A stretch of 64,000 bases of DNA from Raillietiella orientalis (lineage: Eukaryota). Positions 1-12,679 of this stretch are shown piece by piece. The position numbers and the translations under genes were made by a program. Below the pieces are notes generated by a model that was not told the DNA's origin, did no database searches, and was given only the letters and a program-made list of their open reading frames with translations. How positions within the stretch are numbered: the first letter of the stretch is position 1; each line of letters begins with the position of its first letter. The stretch is taken from positions 1 to 64,000 of the forward strand of contig JAYWIR010000097.1 of NCBI GenBank assembly GCA_036172245.1, read 5' to 3'.

Positions 1-17
1 CCACGGTCTTTCTTTCT

Positions 18-3000
18 TATCCATGTAACATTCCTAACTGTATGGACACTTTCCCTACTATGCGTGGATTACATGCGATGGCATATGCGCCTGCAAAATC
101 AAAGCAACAAACCCTTCTCCCCACTTCGCACTTCTCGTTCAATACCCACATTTAACCGTTTTGATGGGATGGCGACACCCGAAGCCCCCCCCCCCCCCAC
201 ACACACGCCTGTAGCCATAGAAACAGAGCATCCTATCCCTACAACAGCTTGTAAACCAACAGCATCAGTACCTCCCATAGTTCCATCAAATTCATCTTTC
301 TCCGACGCCTTACAACAGCAAGCACAACCGATGCATCCGACTCCCTTATACCCCTTGCACGCAACCAGCGAACCAGCACCCTATAACTCCGCAGCACAAC
401 AGGTTCTGCCAAGCACCCAGCATGTACTACACACGAGCCCACACTCCGTCCTTACTTCTTACACTCCGATCCTCACGACCCTTCTTACACAATCGACATC
501 TAATGACGCTTGGCAACATACCCTGCATACCCTCGAAGAAATTATGAATACCTTAACTTCGACATTGCACACACGCCAATTTTACCCTTCCACAAGGCCT
601 ACATCCTCTTCCAATGCCTTTTGCCTCACCTCAAAGAAACCACTTCAATCCCTGTATCGGCGAAACCGAAAACGAGACACTCGCACTCTTCTTCACGCGA
701 GTCCCATTCAATTTCAAGGCTGCAAATCTATAATTCAAACCATTTCTAGTGAAAAGTTCTCAGCGATGGATGAACAATGAACGCGGACATACTCAAGGAA
801 AGCCTTTAACCCTTCTTCGGAAGTGAATTGTGAAAACATCACGCCTGAAGAAGTTCCGTTGACGTTAAGGAACACCCAAGACACTGCCCTAGGAAACGAT
901 GAAATCCCGTACTCCCCCCTGCGGAAAGCAGACCCAGACGGATCTTGTCTTGCAGCCCTATACAATTCATGTATCCGTCACTTGCGTATCCCGAAGGACG
1001 GGAAAACATCACGCACAGTCCTAATCCCTAAATCTGGACCATCTGATCCGGCAGATCTCACGCAGATTCGCCCCATCTCAATCTCCAATACCATTGGCAA
1101 ACTATTCTGCGAAATTCTCGCGAAAGGGTTGCGCTCGTGGTTCCTCAACAACGGAATTCTTGGACACCATGAAAAGGGATTTCTTCCTTCTGATGGTGTG
1201 CTGGAGCAAAACTTTGTCCTGACCACTGCTCTCGAGCGCTCCCGAGTGCACCACCAAGACATCGCCATTGCATGGATAGACTTCAAAGACGCTTTACCTC
1301 CATGACCCCCAGCGGCTCATCCTAGACACGTTGACCGTGCTAGGGGCTAGAAGTCGGTTCCACGGAATCCTTGCGGGAATGTATTAGGAAGCTACGACCA
1401 CGACAGTGGCTTCCGACGGACTTACGATCCCAATACCGATTCGGTCCGGAGTTCGCCAAGGATGTCCCCTAAGTGGTCTGCAATTGATCATCGCCTTAGA
1501 ACCCCTTATCAGAGTCCTGAAACGCCGACACCCTTCTTTTATTCCGCTCGCTCATGCAGGTGATGTTGCGCTTATGGCCAGCTCGATGTAGGAGCTACAA
1601 CTGGCCGTCAGCACGCTCGCAGATTCAACCCGAGCTGCAAACTTGCAATGGAATCCCAATAAATGCGGCTCCTCCCACTACGCAGCTTTTCCAACGCAAG
1701 TGCGAATTTCTCCAATATTGGTGGTGAGCGGTGCAATAGTTTTGTCCTTTTCCCTCCAGGATACTTATAATTACCTAGGGAAACCGATCGACTTCCATCC
1801 ACTCACGTACCTTCATTGCTAATTTCAAAATCATTGCGGACTCCTCCTTAGCCCCATGGCAGAAACTGGACGCCGTCAAATGCTTTTTCTTGCCGTCATT
1901 AGTGAGCGACCTTCGTGTTGGCACGGAGCCACTAACGTCATGGGCCAAGATTGATAAAATAATAGGGAATACGTTGGAGCAAAGCATTCTCCCGCTTACC
2001 CAAGGACCCTCAAACGAATACCTATACGGAGGTGTTCGTGATGGATGCTTCGGGATAATGCTTCTTGTCGAAGAAGGACGAACAAGGATCGCTGACTCTG
2101 CCTTCAAACTGCTAGCGTGTCCGGATTCACTTGTGACTGATCTCTCCTTCTCCTCCCTTTCCGACGCCGTACGTAGGAAGGCTCACGTGCCGCCAAATTG
2201 GTTCGGTTCACGCGGTTCCTCAATGGATGCTGTTCGTTCCCCTTAGACCGCCCGACTGGTGATCCCCCCACAATGTGGTCCACATTACGGGAAGCAACGA
2301 ATCACCTTCCCATAACGTGGAACTCTCATGACAATACTGTGATGTTCCCCTTATCCTTTCCCGAACATGGAAACCCCCAAATCCTCCCCTTGCCGCAGCG
2401 TCGAGAAGCGGCACGGACGATGCGTGCTCACTTTCGAGTGCAAAAACGCGTAGCACTTCCAGCCAAGACAGACCAAGGTGGGATAATAGGATGTGCAGCC
2501 CTCCACAAAGCCTCCATGTCATTGCTGCCTACATGTGATGGATTCTGCTTTGCAGACTGGCGATTTATGCACCGTGTCCGATTGATCCACTTATTCCTCA
2601 ACGGAAATCGGAAAACGCCTAATGAAATCGAGGGACGCCGAAGATGTGGCTGTGTAGAAGAAACGTTGACGCATGTCCTGTGCCACTGTCCAGTTTATCT
2701 TGGGGCAATGATCACCCAACGACATAACGTTGTTATCGACACCTTGATCAAGATCCTCTCCCCTCGATGGCCCGTTGCCCAAAGGGGTCACCGAGTGGAT
2801 GTGTTAAACTCCTCTCTTCGCCTCGACATATTTTGCAAAGAATGCGTCCACAGCTGTTATAGTTGACGTTGTCATCTCTCCTGAAAATCGTATATCATCG
2901 CTACAGCGTGCAAGGGAAACGAAAATCCTGAAGTACGCAGACATCGACACCGCCCTCAGGAATCAAGACTTGAGAACCATCAACCAAGCATTTGTAATTG

Positions 3001-3170
3001 GTGCGCTCGGCTCATGGGATCCCGAAAATGATAAACTCCTAAAATTGCTTGGAATCCCTCAAAGAACAATTACTGCGATCTCTAAGCATCTGTGTTCCGA
3101 AATTATGAAATCTTCCCGGGACATATCCACACGCCCAACCCTTCTTCGTATGCAGGAGAAAAGCTCGTAG
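18..3170 (+). mobile_element. Decayed non-LTR retrotransposon, RT + restriction-like endonuclease (NeSL/Utopia/R2-type), copy A
   Basis: Frameshifted fragments occur in the expected order. N-terminal C2H2-like finger YPCNIPNCMDTFPTMRGL/RWHMRL (~18-100). RT motifs IRPISISNTIGKLF, EKGFLPSDGVLEQNF, AWIDFKDA, SGVRQGCPLS, LAHAGDV (YADD site), YNYLG, LAPWQKLDA. Then FADWRFMHRVRL, zinc knuckle RRCGCVEETLTHVLCHC, RHN, LRLDI and AFVIGALGSWDPEND (RLE domain). Multiple stops and frameshifts. Confidence 0.9.
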
Positions 3171-3769
3171 GAAATCTTCGCCAGGAGAATACGTACCAAA
3201 CACACGGAGAGCTATGCCCTATATCCCAAATACAAACAGCAGTTCTCCCACATCACGGTGTAGGTCCGCCGGCATATGACATCCTTTGGGACGCTTCTTC
3301 CTCATTTCCAATAGCAGAAGCTATTCAGTTGCCAACGTCCCTCTAAGTGCTATTCTAATACACTGACCCTCTTTCAATGTTCCTAACCTCAACAGCTGTG
3401 TATTCAAAGACAATTGAAACCTCTGTAAGATTGAACTTTGCAACTTACTAACCCTTATGTAAGGTGCAAATGGAACACGAATGTCGTAAGAAACCAAATT
3501 CAGGCCTGAATCCGAAAGCGCCCAATCCGTCGCTCTTCGAAAGAGCGAGGTGGGTCGGAACCCAGGCGGATCGCTCCCCCTCAGACGGAGGAAGAAATGT
3601 GCTTGGGGAACGAGAAGGCGATGTCCGCGATGGCGCGCGACTCCTCTCTGTAAAGCGTCCCGCCAAAAGAAACCAAAGACACAACCATCGACGGAACGCT
3701 TCCATCCGAGGCACAATCCGTCGAGATGGATACCCGCCTTCCGAACAGGAGAAGGGACTCATGACGCCT

Positions 3770-6540
3770 TTACCATCACAACGGTGATGCGTGGACTCCC
3801 CTCTTGGCGACGATTGCACCCAATTTGATGGAACCTCAACGAGTTGCGCGACGACGGCAAGGGACGAGACGTGGCCGCCAGCCTACGAGACTTCGATCTG
3901 GCGCTTCTGCAACAGACGCACATGCTCCACGCAGAAGACGTTCAGAAAACCGAAAGCATCTCAAGTGATCGGCTACTGTGGAGAACGGGTTCCGACCACC
4001 CCTGCGGAGTGGCCTTTTTGCTGAAGCAGCCGTCACAAACGCCTTCCGCTCCGTACGGAGAGGCACACAAACTCCTTGTCTTCAATGCCCATCTTTTTGA
4101 TGACATTGGAAAATTTTCGGATCGTAAGAGGAGAATATAAGTTACAGGAGGGCTGGGTTGTAGCCCTTCAGAATGTAGACCGCGATTTCCGAGGCGACTC
4201 CGGACGTTGCCGTCGCTGCCACCGAGTTCCATGCCCTCGCCGGAGCTCCGGGAGACGATTGTGTGGTGGGGCATGTCCGTGCCTCCATAGACTGGGCAGA
4301 CGTAGCCCTCACGTCACCCTTCGCCTACCAAGCGGCGTTCTCAGGCATTTCTGTCTTCAAACAGCCGCGATTCCACACACAATTTCACAAGCCGCTTACA
4401 TTCACTGGAGCTCACAAGAAGCATGTGCAACCCCAGCGCACGTAAGCCCCGTCTTGCGGGATTTCTATTCCTCCCTATACGCAAGAACAGCACCGGATAG
4501 CGGATTTGGGCAGCGTTTGCTGCCAGAGGGCGCTCCTGCTTTAAGGAAGGAGGACTGATTGATGTTGGAGCAGTGTTTCTCCATGACGGAGATCGTTTCT
4601 GCCATCCGAAAACAGAAACAACGCAAGGGTCCTGGGCATGACGGTCTGTCCTCCGAGTTTTACGAATGCTTCGCAGCGGAACTCGTGCCCCTGGTGCATC
4701 AATCATAATTGGTGCTGATTCGCGAACGATTCGCCTCTTGCGATGCGTTCCCATCTCGTTCCGATCGCTAAAGTACGTCTCTTCCCGAAGGGAGGAGATT
4801 TACGCAACGTAGGCAACCGGTGGCTCATCACAATAGTGAATGAGGACGCGAAGTTGACTGCGAAATTATAAGCTGAGAGACAGGGATGGGTGGTAAATTC
4901 CGTCGTCGGTCGGAGCAGACTTCCGGACAAACCATGAAAACCAACCTCTTCCTCACCAGCAAATGGTGCAACAGTGCGAGGCACAGACGGGTCAAGACCA
5001 TCCGTGATTCTCCTCTGGTCTGGGAGGGGATAGCCATAGAGGAAGAGACGCGCCCGGAGCTCTTGCAGTCGCCGCGAATCCCACGGATCGGTACTGTAAG
5101 TACCTCGTTGTGCCGTAGGGAGAATATCTCCCTGCGAAGGTGTGGTGCAGCGGCCTCCAGAAAGCAGATTTGCGGATCGGCCCGTTCCAAGAAGGCAGGT
5201 TTTTCGTGCCGGAACCAGCCGCTGTGTGGAACTCGTTCGCGGCGCTCTTCCTTCGTCTTCTTCTTTCCGTTTTGCTCTTCACAGAAGAGGCGCAGAAAAG
5301 GACAAAGGATCTTCTTCTGATCGACCTTTGTGGCAAATGGAAGTCCCCGAGTCCTGTTGAAGGCTTATGAGCTTCGCGTCGAGACAGTAACCTCGGTCTT
5401 CTGACGGTGGATGGCTGAGGGTTCAGCTCCAGTTTCTGATGACCGTACTTCTGGAAAAGATGTAGAGCACCACCTGGTGCTACCCTGCATGTCTCCTCGT
5501 CAAAACAGCCACCAGGAGCGCGGGACTTGCGTCGCTGCTTGCACTCCGTTGCCGCCACATCGCCTACCGCCGATTGCAGCTTGGGAGGGTGACGGCACTG
5601 ACGAGGATGATCACGCAATAGATGTCCCGCCGTCCCGCAAACGGTAGCGCCTGGCGGCAGGAAACTGTTCACGAGCATGTGGGAAAGGAGGACAGTCTCT
5701 AGGAACGTGCGAAACAGGTGCACCAGATCCTGTTCGAGCGGAACAACTGTTGCACCCTGCGAGAGATCCTTGAGAATCCCGAAAAAAGCGCATAGACAGG
5801 AAGAACTTCCTTCCCTGCAACGCTGCCATCTTTCAGGGAACACCTGGGCACTAACAACGTGGTGAAATGGGAAATGAAGGCAAGGATCTCCGGAAGGGAG
5901 AAAGGACTGGGCGAGTGGGAGACGGGCCAGCTCACCAACACTGCGACTCCGCCCCACGGACTCTTGCGCTGGGGCAAGCTGTTAAATGTTCCAGAGTAAC
6001 ATTTTGAGTGACCCTCGGGGCCCTCATGGACACCCGCATTCTCCCTTTGAAGTGACAGGAGTCGGAGCTGTTGGTGCTGCACTGGTGTCTCCCGCGCAAC
6101 GCCCTCGTCATCACTGGACGCAGGGAGGTTTGCACACCAGCTGTGTCAAGTGCGTGGAACTTCAATCCCTACCCCACCTGTAAGTGGTAGTGTGATGCTC
6201 TCACATCCCTTTGGGAACGCTTTGCCAGGGTCCTGAGAACACCCGGTGGCAACTCCAGGGGCACTTGAAAACCCCTCTTCGTTGGAGACGCTTTCCGTCC
6301 AGCGGCCTCCCTGGCAACCCTGTGCTGCCTTCACATTCTTCTTTGTTATTGAAATGCTTCAACAAAGCAGCAGGAGGATCCAGCGACAAGGATGACATTC
6401 ACTTCGCCGTCCTTTTCATCAGGATAGCAGCGCGGTGGTCCCACCTGGATAACTGCTTTCAGCAAGGCCTTGCCGGCATACTCGAGAGGATGGGATGGAC
6501 AGCCACCAGCAGACAGTGATCCCTTCCCAAACCCCTTCAT
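3770..6540 (+). mobile_element. Decayed L1/Tx1-like LINE ORF2 (AP endonuclease - RT - C-terminal zinc finger), internally deleted
   Basis: APE-like LRDFDLALLQQTH...GVAFLL (3880-4030). RDFYSSLY, then GPGHDGLSSEFY and LFPKGGDLRNVGNRWLITIVNEDAKL (4450-4870). KYLVVP (~5100). C-terminal LVLHWCLPRNAL and CVKCVELQSLPHL (6070-6190). The middle of the RT (YADD region) is missing. 3470-3770 may be an ORF1 tail. Confidence 0.7.
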
Positions 6541-6609
6541 AGTGTATTTACTATCACTTGCTAATACAACGGAAGTGGTATGGTCGTAATACAGCTTCCG
6601 TAAAATGTT

Positions 6610-7200
6610 TGCCTTCGATAAACGGCCTTCGCAACCGGGAGAAAATCGGGTGAGGACGCACGCGTATCGCTGTCGCCCCGTCGCTTGTGGTGTTTTTTAG
6701 TTTATTACGTATGGCGCGTGGAGATTCGGTGATGCGAAGGGCAGTAATGCCCGACGGTATCACCAGCGAAGCCCAGCTGATGATGTCCTCATCGCTCCCA
6801 CAGGCTATGGAAGTGGGGGCGGCGCTCTTCCTCCCAGATTCGCCCCTCGCACAAGCGAAGGCTTCGAACGTGCTGGCTGTCATGGCGGAGATGAGGCCTT
6901 ATCGGAGGAAGGGAACAACCCACCCCTCAAATACAAGGTAGGAAATTTATATCACCCCGAGAGCGAGCGCGCCTTCTCGAAGCGGTGCGCGCTCCCGATG
7001 TAGACACGGAGGAGCTTCGGACCATGTCCATCCGAAGCGGCGGACAGTATGTCGAAGTCATCTGCAAAAAGGCAACCCTAGCGCAGAGACTTCTCAGGAC
7101 CGCCGCTGCGACGGGAAGCGGGAGCTCCCCCCGTTCATGGTGGACCGTTTGGTTGTTTGACACCCTGGAGCTCCGGGGCGTTTATTTCGATGACAAATAA
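6610..7200 (+). mobile_element. Possible 5' UTR/ORF1 fragment of a further LINE
   Basis: GC-rich segment with an ATG ORF at 6711 (MARGDSVMRR...) and a frameshifted continuation (EELRTMSIRSGGQYVEVICKKATLAQRLL) resembling LINE ORF1 RRM-like regions. It sits between two LINE copies. No diagnostic motif. Confidence 0.35.
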
Positions 7201-9020
7201 ACATGTGTGGGGCCAGCGATCCTGCAACGTCAGAAAGAGTTCGGAACTTGCCGAGCAGCCTGAATGCAGGCCGGCGAGGGTCGAGCCGGCAGCGGAAGGG
7301 GAGGGGGCAAACGGAAGGAAAAATAAAAGAAAACGCCATTTACAAAAACAGGGAAGGCTGGGGAAGGGCTCACGTTCCTCTGCAGGGCGTGTTCTGCATC
7401 CTCTTCAGGATGTTGGCAAGTTCCATCTGCGTATGCCTCAAATGGGGTCATCTGGAAACTGTCCTCAGGAAGCCGGGGACGAATCAGATGACGCCCTTAT
7501 CGTGCCTTCCTGTTATTCCGTAGCTCCAGGCCGCGACTATCCCACGTGGTCACCAAAGAGCTTCTAGGCTGCGGCAGACGAAAGAGCACCTTGCACGAAG
7601 AGCTGCTTGAGAACGTCTCTGGTATGGTACACTTTTGCGCCCAGGGTCGCTGCGTATGGCAACCACAGTGTCTGGAGGGCAATACAGTCAATGACCATGT
7701 GCAGGAGGAATTCCAGTACCCCTCACTTGCAACAGCTAGAGCCCACGGTTCCCCGGCTCCGGTGGGACCGAGGAGCGTTGCACGAGAGGACCCAGTGCAA
7801 CAGCAGAAGTTGCGACTCCTGCCACTTCAGAGTGAGCGCCTAATGGTTCTTCAGCACTGGAGACAACTCGACAAGTCTACCTGTGGGATTTGCAACACCT
7901 CACCCCAGCGCAATAGTCCTTTTGCTGGGGCACTTCGGGTCGCAGGGTACCTGAGCTGGCGCGTGGTCCTTCCTCCTGCTTCCTTCTACCGAATTCCTAT
8001 TTCGGAGGAGAGCTTCCATTTCGCCGGCTGGTTAGCTCCCAATTGCTCTCTGACTGAGAGCTGGGCAGGTTCTTTGTGCCCACGCACACGCGGTGGGCTG
8101 CGCGATGACGTCCTGCAGCGAGCGGTTGTTGTAGAAGGAGTGCAGCCAGTCTCTGCCGCTACTCCGGGAGCGCTTCGTTCTTCTGGACCCACGTGAGAAA
8201 GGTTTCCTCTAACTAGGCACCACCGTTCGGGGGCCGGCAGGAGATGCAGGTATTCGTGCTGATCAGCTTGGCCACTCCGCGGATCTGCAGACGGCATCGG
8301 GTCACGTTGTCTCGTTCCTCGCCACGCCAGGAGCGAAGACAGTCCGCGTAGCCGATTTCTCACTTGACCAGATGTCGTGCGGGATTGCACCAGCTAGTGC
8401 TCCACATCTTCGATGACGCTTGCTCTCCACTGGAGCTGTCGATCCTGCTGGTGCAGCATCAGGCGACCGAGACCACCGTCGCGAGACGCATATGAGGCAA
8501 GTCCTTCAGGCGGACTCTGCACCTTTCTTTGCCCCACAGGACCATCCTCAGGACATCCTTCGTCCTCCTCTTTATGCTGCTCGGTGGAGGTCAAACAGAA
8601 AGCAGGGGCCCGAAGAGGACGGCCACGAACGTGTTTCCCACCGCGACCCGTTTTGGTAAGAAAAGCCGCTCGATCGTGGTACACCTCGCGGGCATTACGT
8701 TACGGATAACCTAGGGGGCAGTCCGCAGCAAATTACAAAAATTTGCTACGGTGCACGCGCTGTGGGCGGAGCCCATTCTCTTCGTGGAGTTGGACAGGCT
8801 TCTGCGCGGCCTGGCGGCAGCGCGAATCGTCGTCCGCGAGGGCTGTGGGTTGCTGCAGAAACTGCAGGTCACCTGGGAACCCATCGACTTGTGATGAGTG
8901 GGGAAACCCAATTACTGTGATTTCTGCAACACCTCCGGCAACCTCAAGAAGAAGGGCCCGAATGTGCAGTGCCAGAGATGTAAATGCTCGGGTCACGCCC
9001 GTCAGCTGTACCATAGTTTC
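7200..9020 (-). mobile_element. Decayed L1/Tx1-like LINE, 3' half of ORF2, inverted relative to the 3770-6540 copy
   Basis: Minus-strand PTALADD (YADD site, ~8830) and SPPEGLASYASRDGGLGRL (8460-8520), homologous to SPVEGL*ASRRDSNLGLL at ~5350-5400 (+). The antisense ORFs also match: QQQKLRLLPLQSER...SPQRNSPF (7800-7925) vs QHQQLRLLSLQREN...LPQRKSPW (5955-6080). Confidence 0.7.
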
Positions 9021-9529
9021 TGCGCGATTTCTATCCTTGTGTACCAGCTGTCCAAATGGAATTGATATTCCTGGCCCAATGAGTCTTAAGAAAGATCAAG
9101 AACGATGCGGTCTTATATTGAGGATCGTGTTGACCATCTTGCGTATTTTTGCCAATTATTATTTTCCTTAATTCAAGCCTCAAGTAACCCAGTATGTAAA
9201 AAGTATGCAAACAAACCCAGTATGTAAGAAGACAAAGAAAGAAGAATTTTTTGCTTGGTTAGCATACGTTACATCACTTCAAAAATGTTTTGATAAAAAA
9301 TGAATGAGGTCACATTGCAGTCCCGATCAAAATATAAGTAAAATGCACATCGAAATGAGATTCTTTTAACTTTTTACTGCAATTTCGTACTTTGATAGCG
9401 AAACGTCATTTTGTTTTCCTCACAGCGCGTATACGCTCTTCAAACGCATTACATTGGCGCTTTTACAAAGCGTGTACATAGTTCGAACTCGCTTAATCGA
9501 ATAAAGCCAATCTCGGCCTTTTGGTTTGC

Positions 9530-12500
9530 AGGTTTCTTTGGAAACCTTGATAAAATTGTAGGGGAAACTTTGGAAGAGGACATCACGGAAGATGTTGCAC
9601 ATCTTGGGATAGAAGATGAGCAGCCCGTTGATCTCAGGATATGGTGCGATGCTCCTCTATTCCCTGTACCAGAAGAGAGAAGAACTGCAGAAATCGAGTC
9701 TGGAGAAGAACAAGTATTAAATTGCTGAAGCTGTAGATGAGATGCATATTACCGATGCCCCTACTCGAACAGCAAAGAAGTAAAATGAACTGAAATCAGC
9801 GAGCAGTTTGAAGAGAACAGGAAAGCCTTCTCAGGGTTCTTGAAGTCGGATATTATGGAATGGCCCGACTTCCATAACGCCTTTGACGAATTGGTGGATA
9901 AAATAAAGAAAATTCTGAAGATCAGCCCACCAAAGGGTCACAGCAAACCAAGACAAGTAGACCCACATAACAAGGCTGAGATACAAAGAATGTATCGGAT
10001 GAACCGGCGGAGGGCTTTCCGGTCAATTTGGGGGCAGATGGAATCTCGCTGCCAAATTGATGCCGGGAGGATTGAAGAACATTTCCACGATGAACTTGAG
10101 GCATCCCCGACGATTGACTGCAATCTGCCGGGGAATATACTTCTAGGGAGAGACTTGCAAGCTGCTCCCCTAGAATTGTCCCCTTTCACGCAGGAAGAGG
10201 TGGCTTCTTGGTTGAGAAAAGCGGAGAACTCTTCACCTGGTCTGGATGGAATAACTTATTCGGGATGGAAGATGGTAGATCCTGAAGCAGAGTTGTTGAC
10301 TGCCATCTCTATCAACAGCCTGCTAAAGCACAAAAGAATTCCATCCTCTTGGAAATGCACGCGTACGGTTCTGGTACCGAAACGCGATCCATCCTCACAG
10401 ATCATGTCTGACTGGCGTCCAATTTCAATTGGTAACGCCAGCTCCCGTCTCTATACGAAATGCTTGGCTGGTCGTTTGCGGGACTGGATTCTAGAAAATC
10501 AAATAATATGACTCCAGCAGAAAGGATTTTTGCCATTTGATGGCGTTTTAGAACGTAATTTTGTTCCACAAACATGTTTGGATCATGCTTGGAGATCCTC
10601 CAAGGACTTCAGTGTGGTTTTTGTTGATCTAGCCGACGCATTTGGTTCCTTGATTCATGACATGTTAATCAATACTTTCGAAAAGATTAATGTTGGTAGT
10701 GTTTTCGTGGAACTAGTGAAAGAACTTTACCAAGATAGTTCCACGTATGTCCAGCTTGAAAACACTTCGAAAAGACCATTTATTCCCCGTCGAGGGGTGA
10801 AGCAAGGATGCCCTCTGAGCTCTTTGCTATTCATCATTGCTGTGGAGCCACTTTTCCGTGAACTGAGGGAGTGCTACGGTGAGAGTTCCCTACTGGCCTT
10901 CGCTGATGATCTGGCAATTATGGCCATTTCCGAGAAAGAGACTATTCAGAGGCTTGACCATTTTAAGTCTCCGATTAAAAGAGCTGGTCTCCAAATCAAC
11001 GCTAGCAAGTCTGCTACGTTGTTTTACTCCGGGAGAACACCGAAAGGAACAAGAAGCGTTGCTCTAACGGTTGATGACGAAGTTGTTGCCGATCTCACGC
11101 TATCAGAATCATATAAACAACTTGGGAAGCCATTTGGAATACAGGTGTTCCCTTGTATTCCAACAAAGGAAGAAATGGTAGCCAAGGCGGTTCAGGTTCT
11201 TAACTCTGGCCTCTCGCCCTGGCAAAAGATGGATGCCATGAGAACGTTCTACTATCCAAGCTCAGTGCATTTTCAACGTTTGGGCACCCATCAGAAACGT
11301 GTTGATCGGGAATTACGAAGAATTATAAAAGACATTTTGCATCTCCCATCAAGAGCAGCTAAGGAGTTTGTTTATGGTGAAAGGAAGATGGGGTGTATAA
11401 GGCTGATGCGGCTTTCTGATGAAGCGGAAACCTTCATCATTGATAGTTGCTTTAAGCTCCTCTCATCTCCTGATGAGTCAGTCAGCCAGCTTGCCAACGA
11501 TTCCCTGCGTGAGGTAGTGCAGAAGAGCATTCTGCAACTACCCACGGAAGAAGACATGGGAAGATTTATGACTGGTGACTGCTCTGGAAAATTCTCTCGA
11601 ACCAGTTGAGATCTGGACCACTGGTCGACAAGCATCTTCCCGGATGCATGCAATATGGAGTTTTGAAGATCGGCGTGTTCAACTTCAGATAGGAGACCTG
11701 AACTTTGATACAGGAGCATGAGCAGGAGAATGAGCAGGAGATGAGCAGGAGAATCACTGCTGCGATTCTCGGTGCTCAAAAACATCAGGCATGGCTTGAC
11801 TTGATATTTAAGCACATTGACCAAGGAAAACCCATGCAATGCGTAGGACTGCATCGCGCATCAAGTTATTTCTTGAACAACGGGGACTATCTGCGCTTTG
11901 CTGATTATCGCTTCATCCATGATGCAAGGTTAAACCTTCTACCCATTCGGGGTGTGAAACGAAGACCTGCTGCGGAACGGAGCTGTAGGAGGTGTACCCT
12001 CCGAGATGAGACGTTGCCTCATGTGCTCAATCATTGCATGAGGCACTCTCGTCTTTATACAGCTCGGCACGATGAAATAGTGCGACGAATTAAGAATGCA
12101 GCTGTAGACGTCGCAGGATGGAAGCTGTCATCTGCAAACCAGGTACTTCAAGGAAGTGAGAGCCCGCTGCGGCCGGATTTAGTCTTGCCAAAGGCTAATT
12201 CGGTCGTTGTCTTGGATATTTCCGGTCCCTTTGAAAATATGGAGGACGCCTTCACCACAACAAGAAGGGCGAAAGAGGACAAGTACCAGGACATCGTCCA
12301 ATTCTCTATAGAAGGATTGGATGCAGCGCCGAAGCTCGTGCCATCTTGGTTGGCTCCCTTGGATCATAGGATCCAAGGAACGGCGCAGTTCTAAAAGAGC
12401 TGAAAATCTCCCGTTGTTATTGCGACCGGATGCGTAAGCTGATGGTCGCGTCATGTATCCAACATAGCAGGGATATCTACTGGACGCATCGTTTGGGGCA

Positions 12501-12530
12501 TCCAGCTGATGACGCCCTAACTGGAATGCC
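9530..12530 (+). mobile_element. Non-LTR retrotransposon RT + RLE (NeSL/Utopia-type), copy B, least decayed
   Basis: ORFs 9840-10511, 10530-11609 and 11705-12394 carry SSPGLDGITY, WRPISI, QKGFLPFDGVLERNF, DLADAFGS, RGVKQGCPLSSLLF, LAFADDL, LSPWQKMDA, FADYRFIHDARLNLL, CRRCTLRDETLPHVLNHC, RHD, LRPDLV, PFEN and KEDKY. One in-frame stop and a few frameshifts. The 5' boundary is approximate. Confidence 0.93.
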
Positions 12531-12679
12531 AGAACGTGAGGAACTCCCATAAGCTATCCATGAACATGAGCCCGAAGAGAAACATAAGGAGAGACGTCAA
12601 AGCCCTCCTGCAAATATGTACTTTGTAATCTAATTTCCTTGAAATCAACAAAAGGTATCAGTAGTAAGACCAAGTCCCT

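Noticed and set aside
6569..6601. Hairpin ACGGAAG...CTTCCGT containing GTAATAC, superficially origin-like
   Set aside because: Imperfect stem, the motif is not NANTATTAC in a loop, and there is no Rep nearby.
4992..8709. Long ORFs 4992-5957 (-) and 7546-8196 (+) and similar
   Set aside because: They are antisense shadows of GC-rich decayed LINE coding sequence; the recognisable motifs are on the opposite strand.
9186..9227. 14-nt direct repeat AACCCAGTATGTAA x2
   Set aside because: The copies are only 14 nt apart, a local duplication; not a target-site duplication of an element and not a CRISPR array.
11711..11755. Short tandem GAGCAGGAGAAT-like repeats
   Set aside because: Slippage expansion inside retrotransposon copy B.
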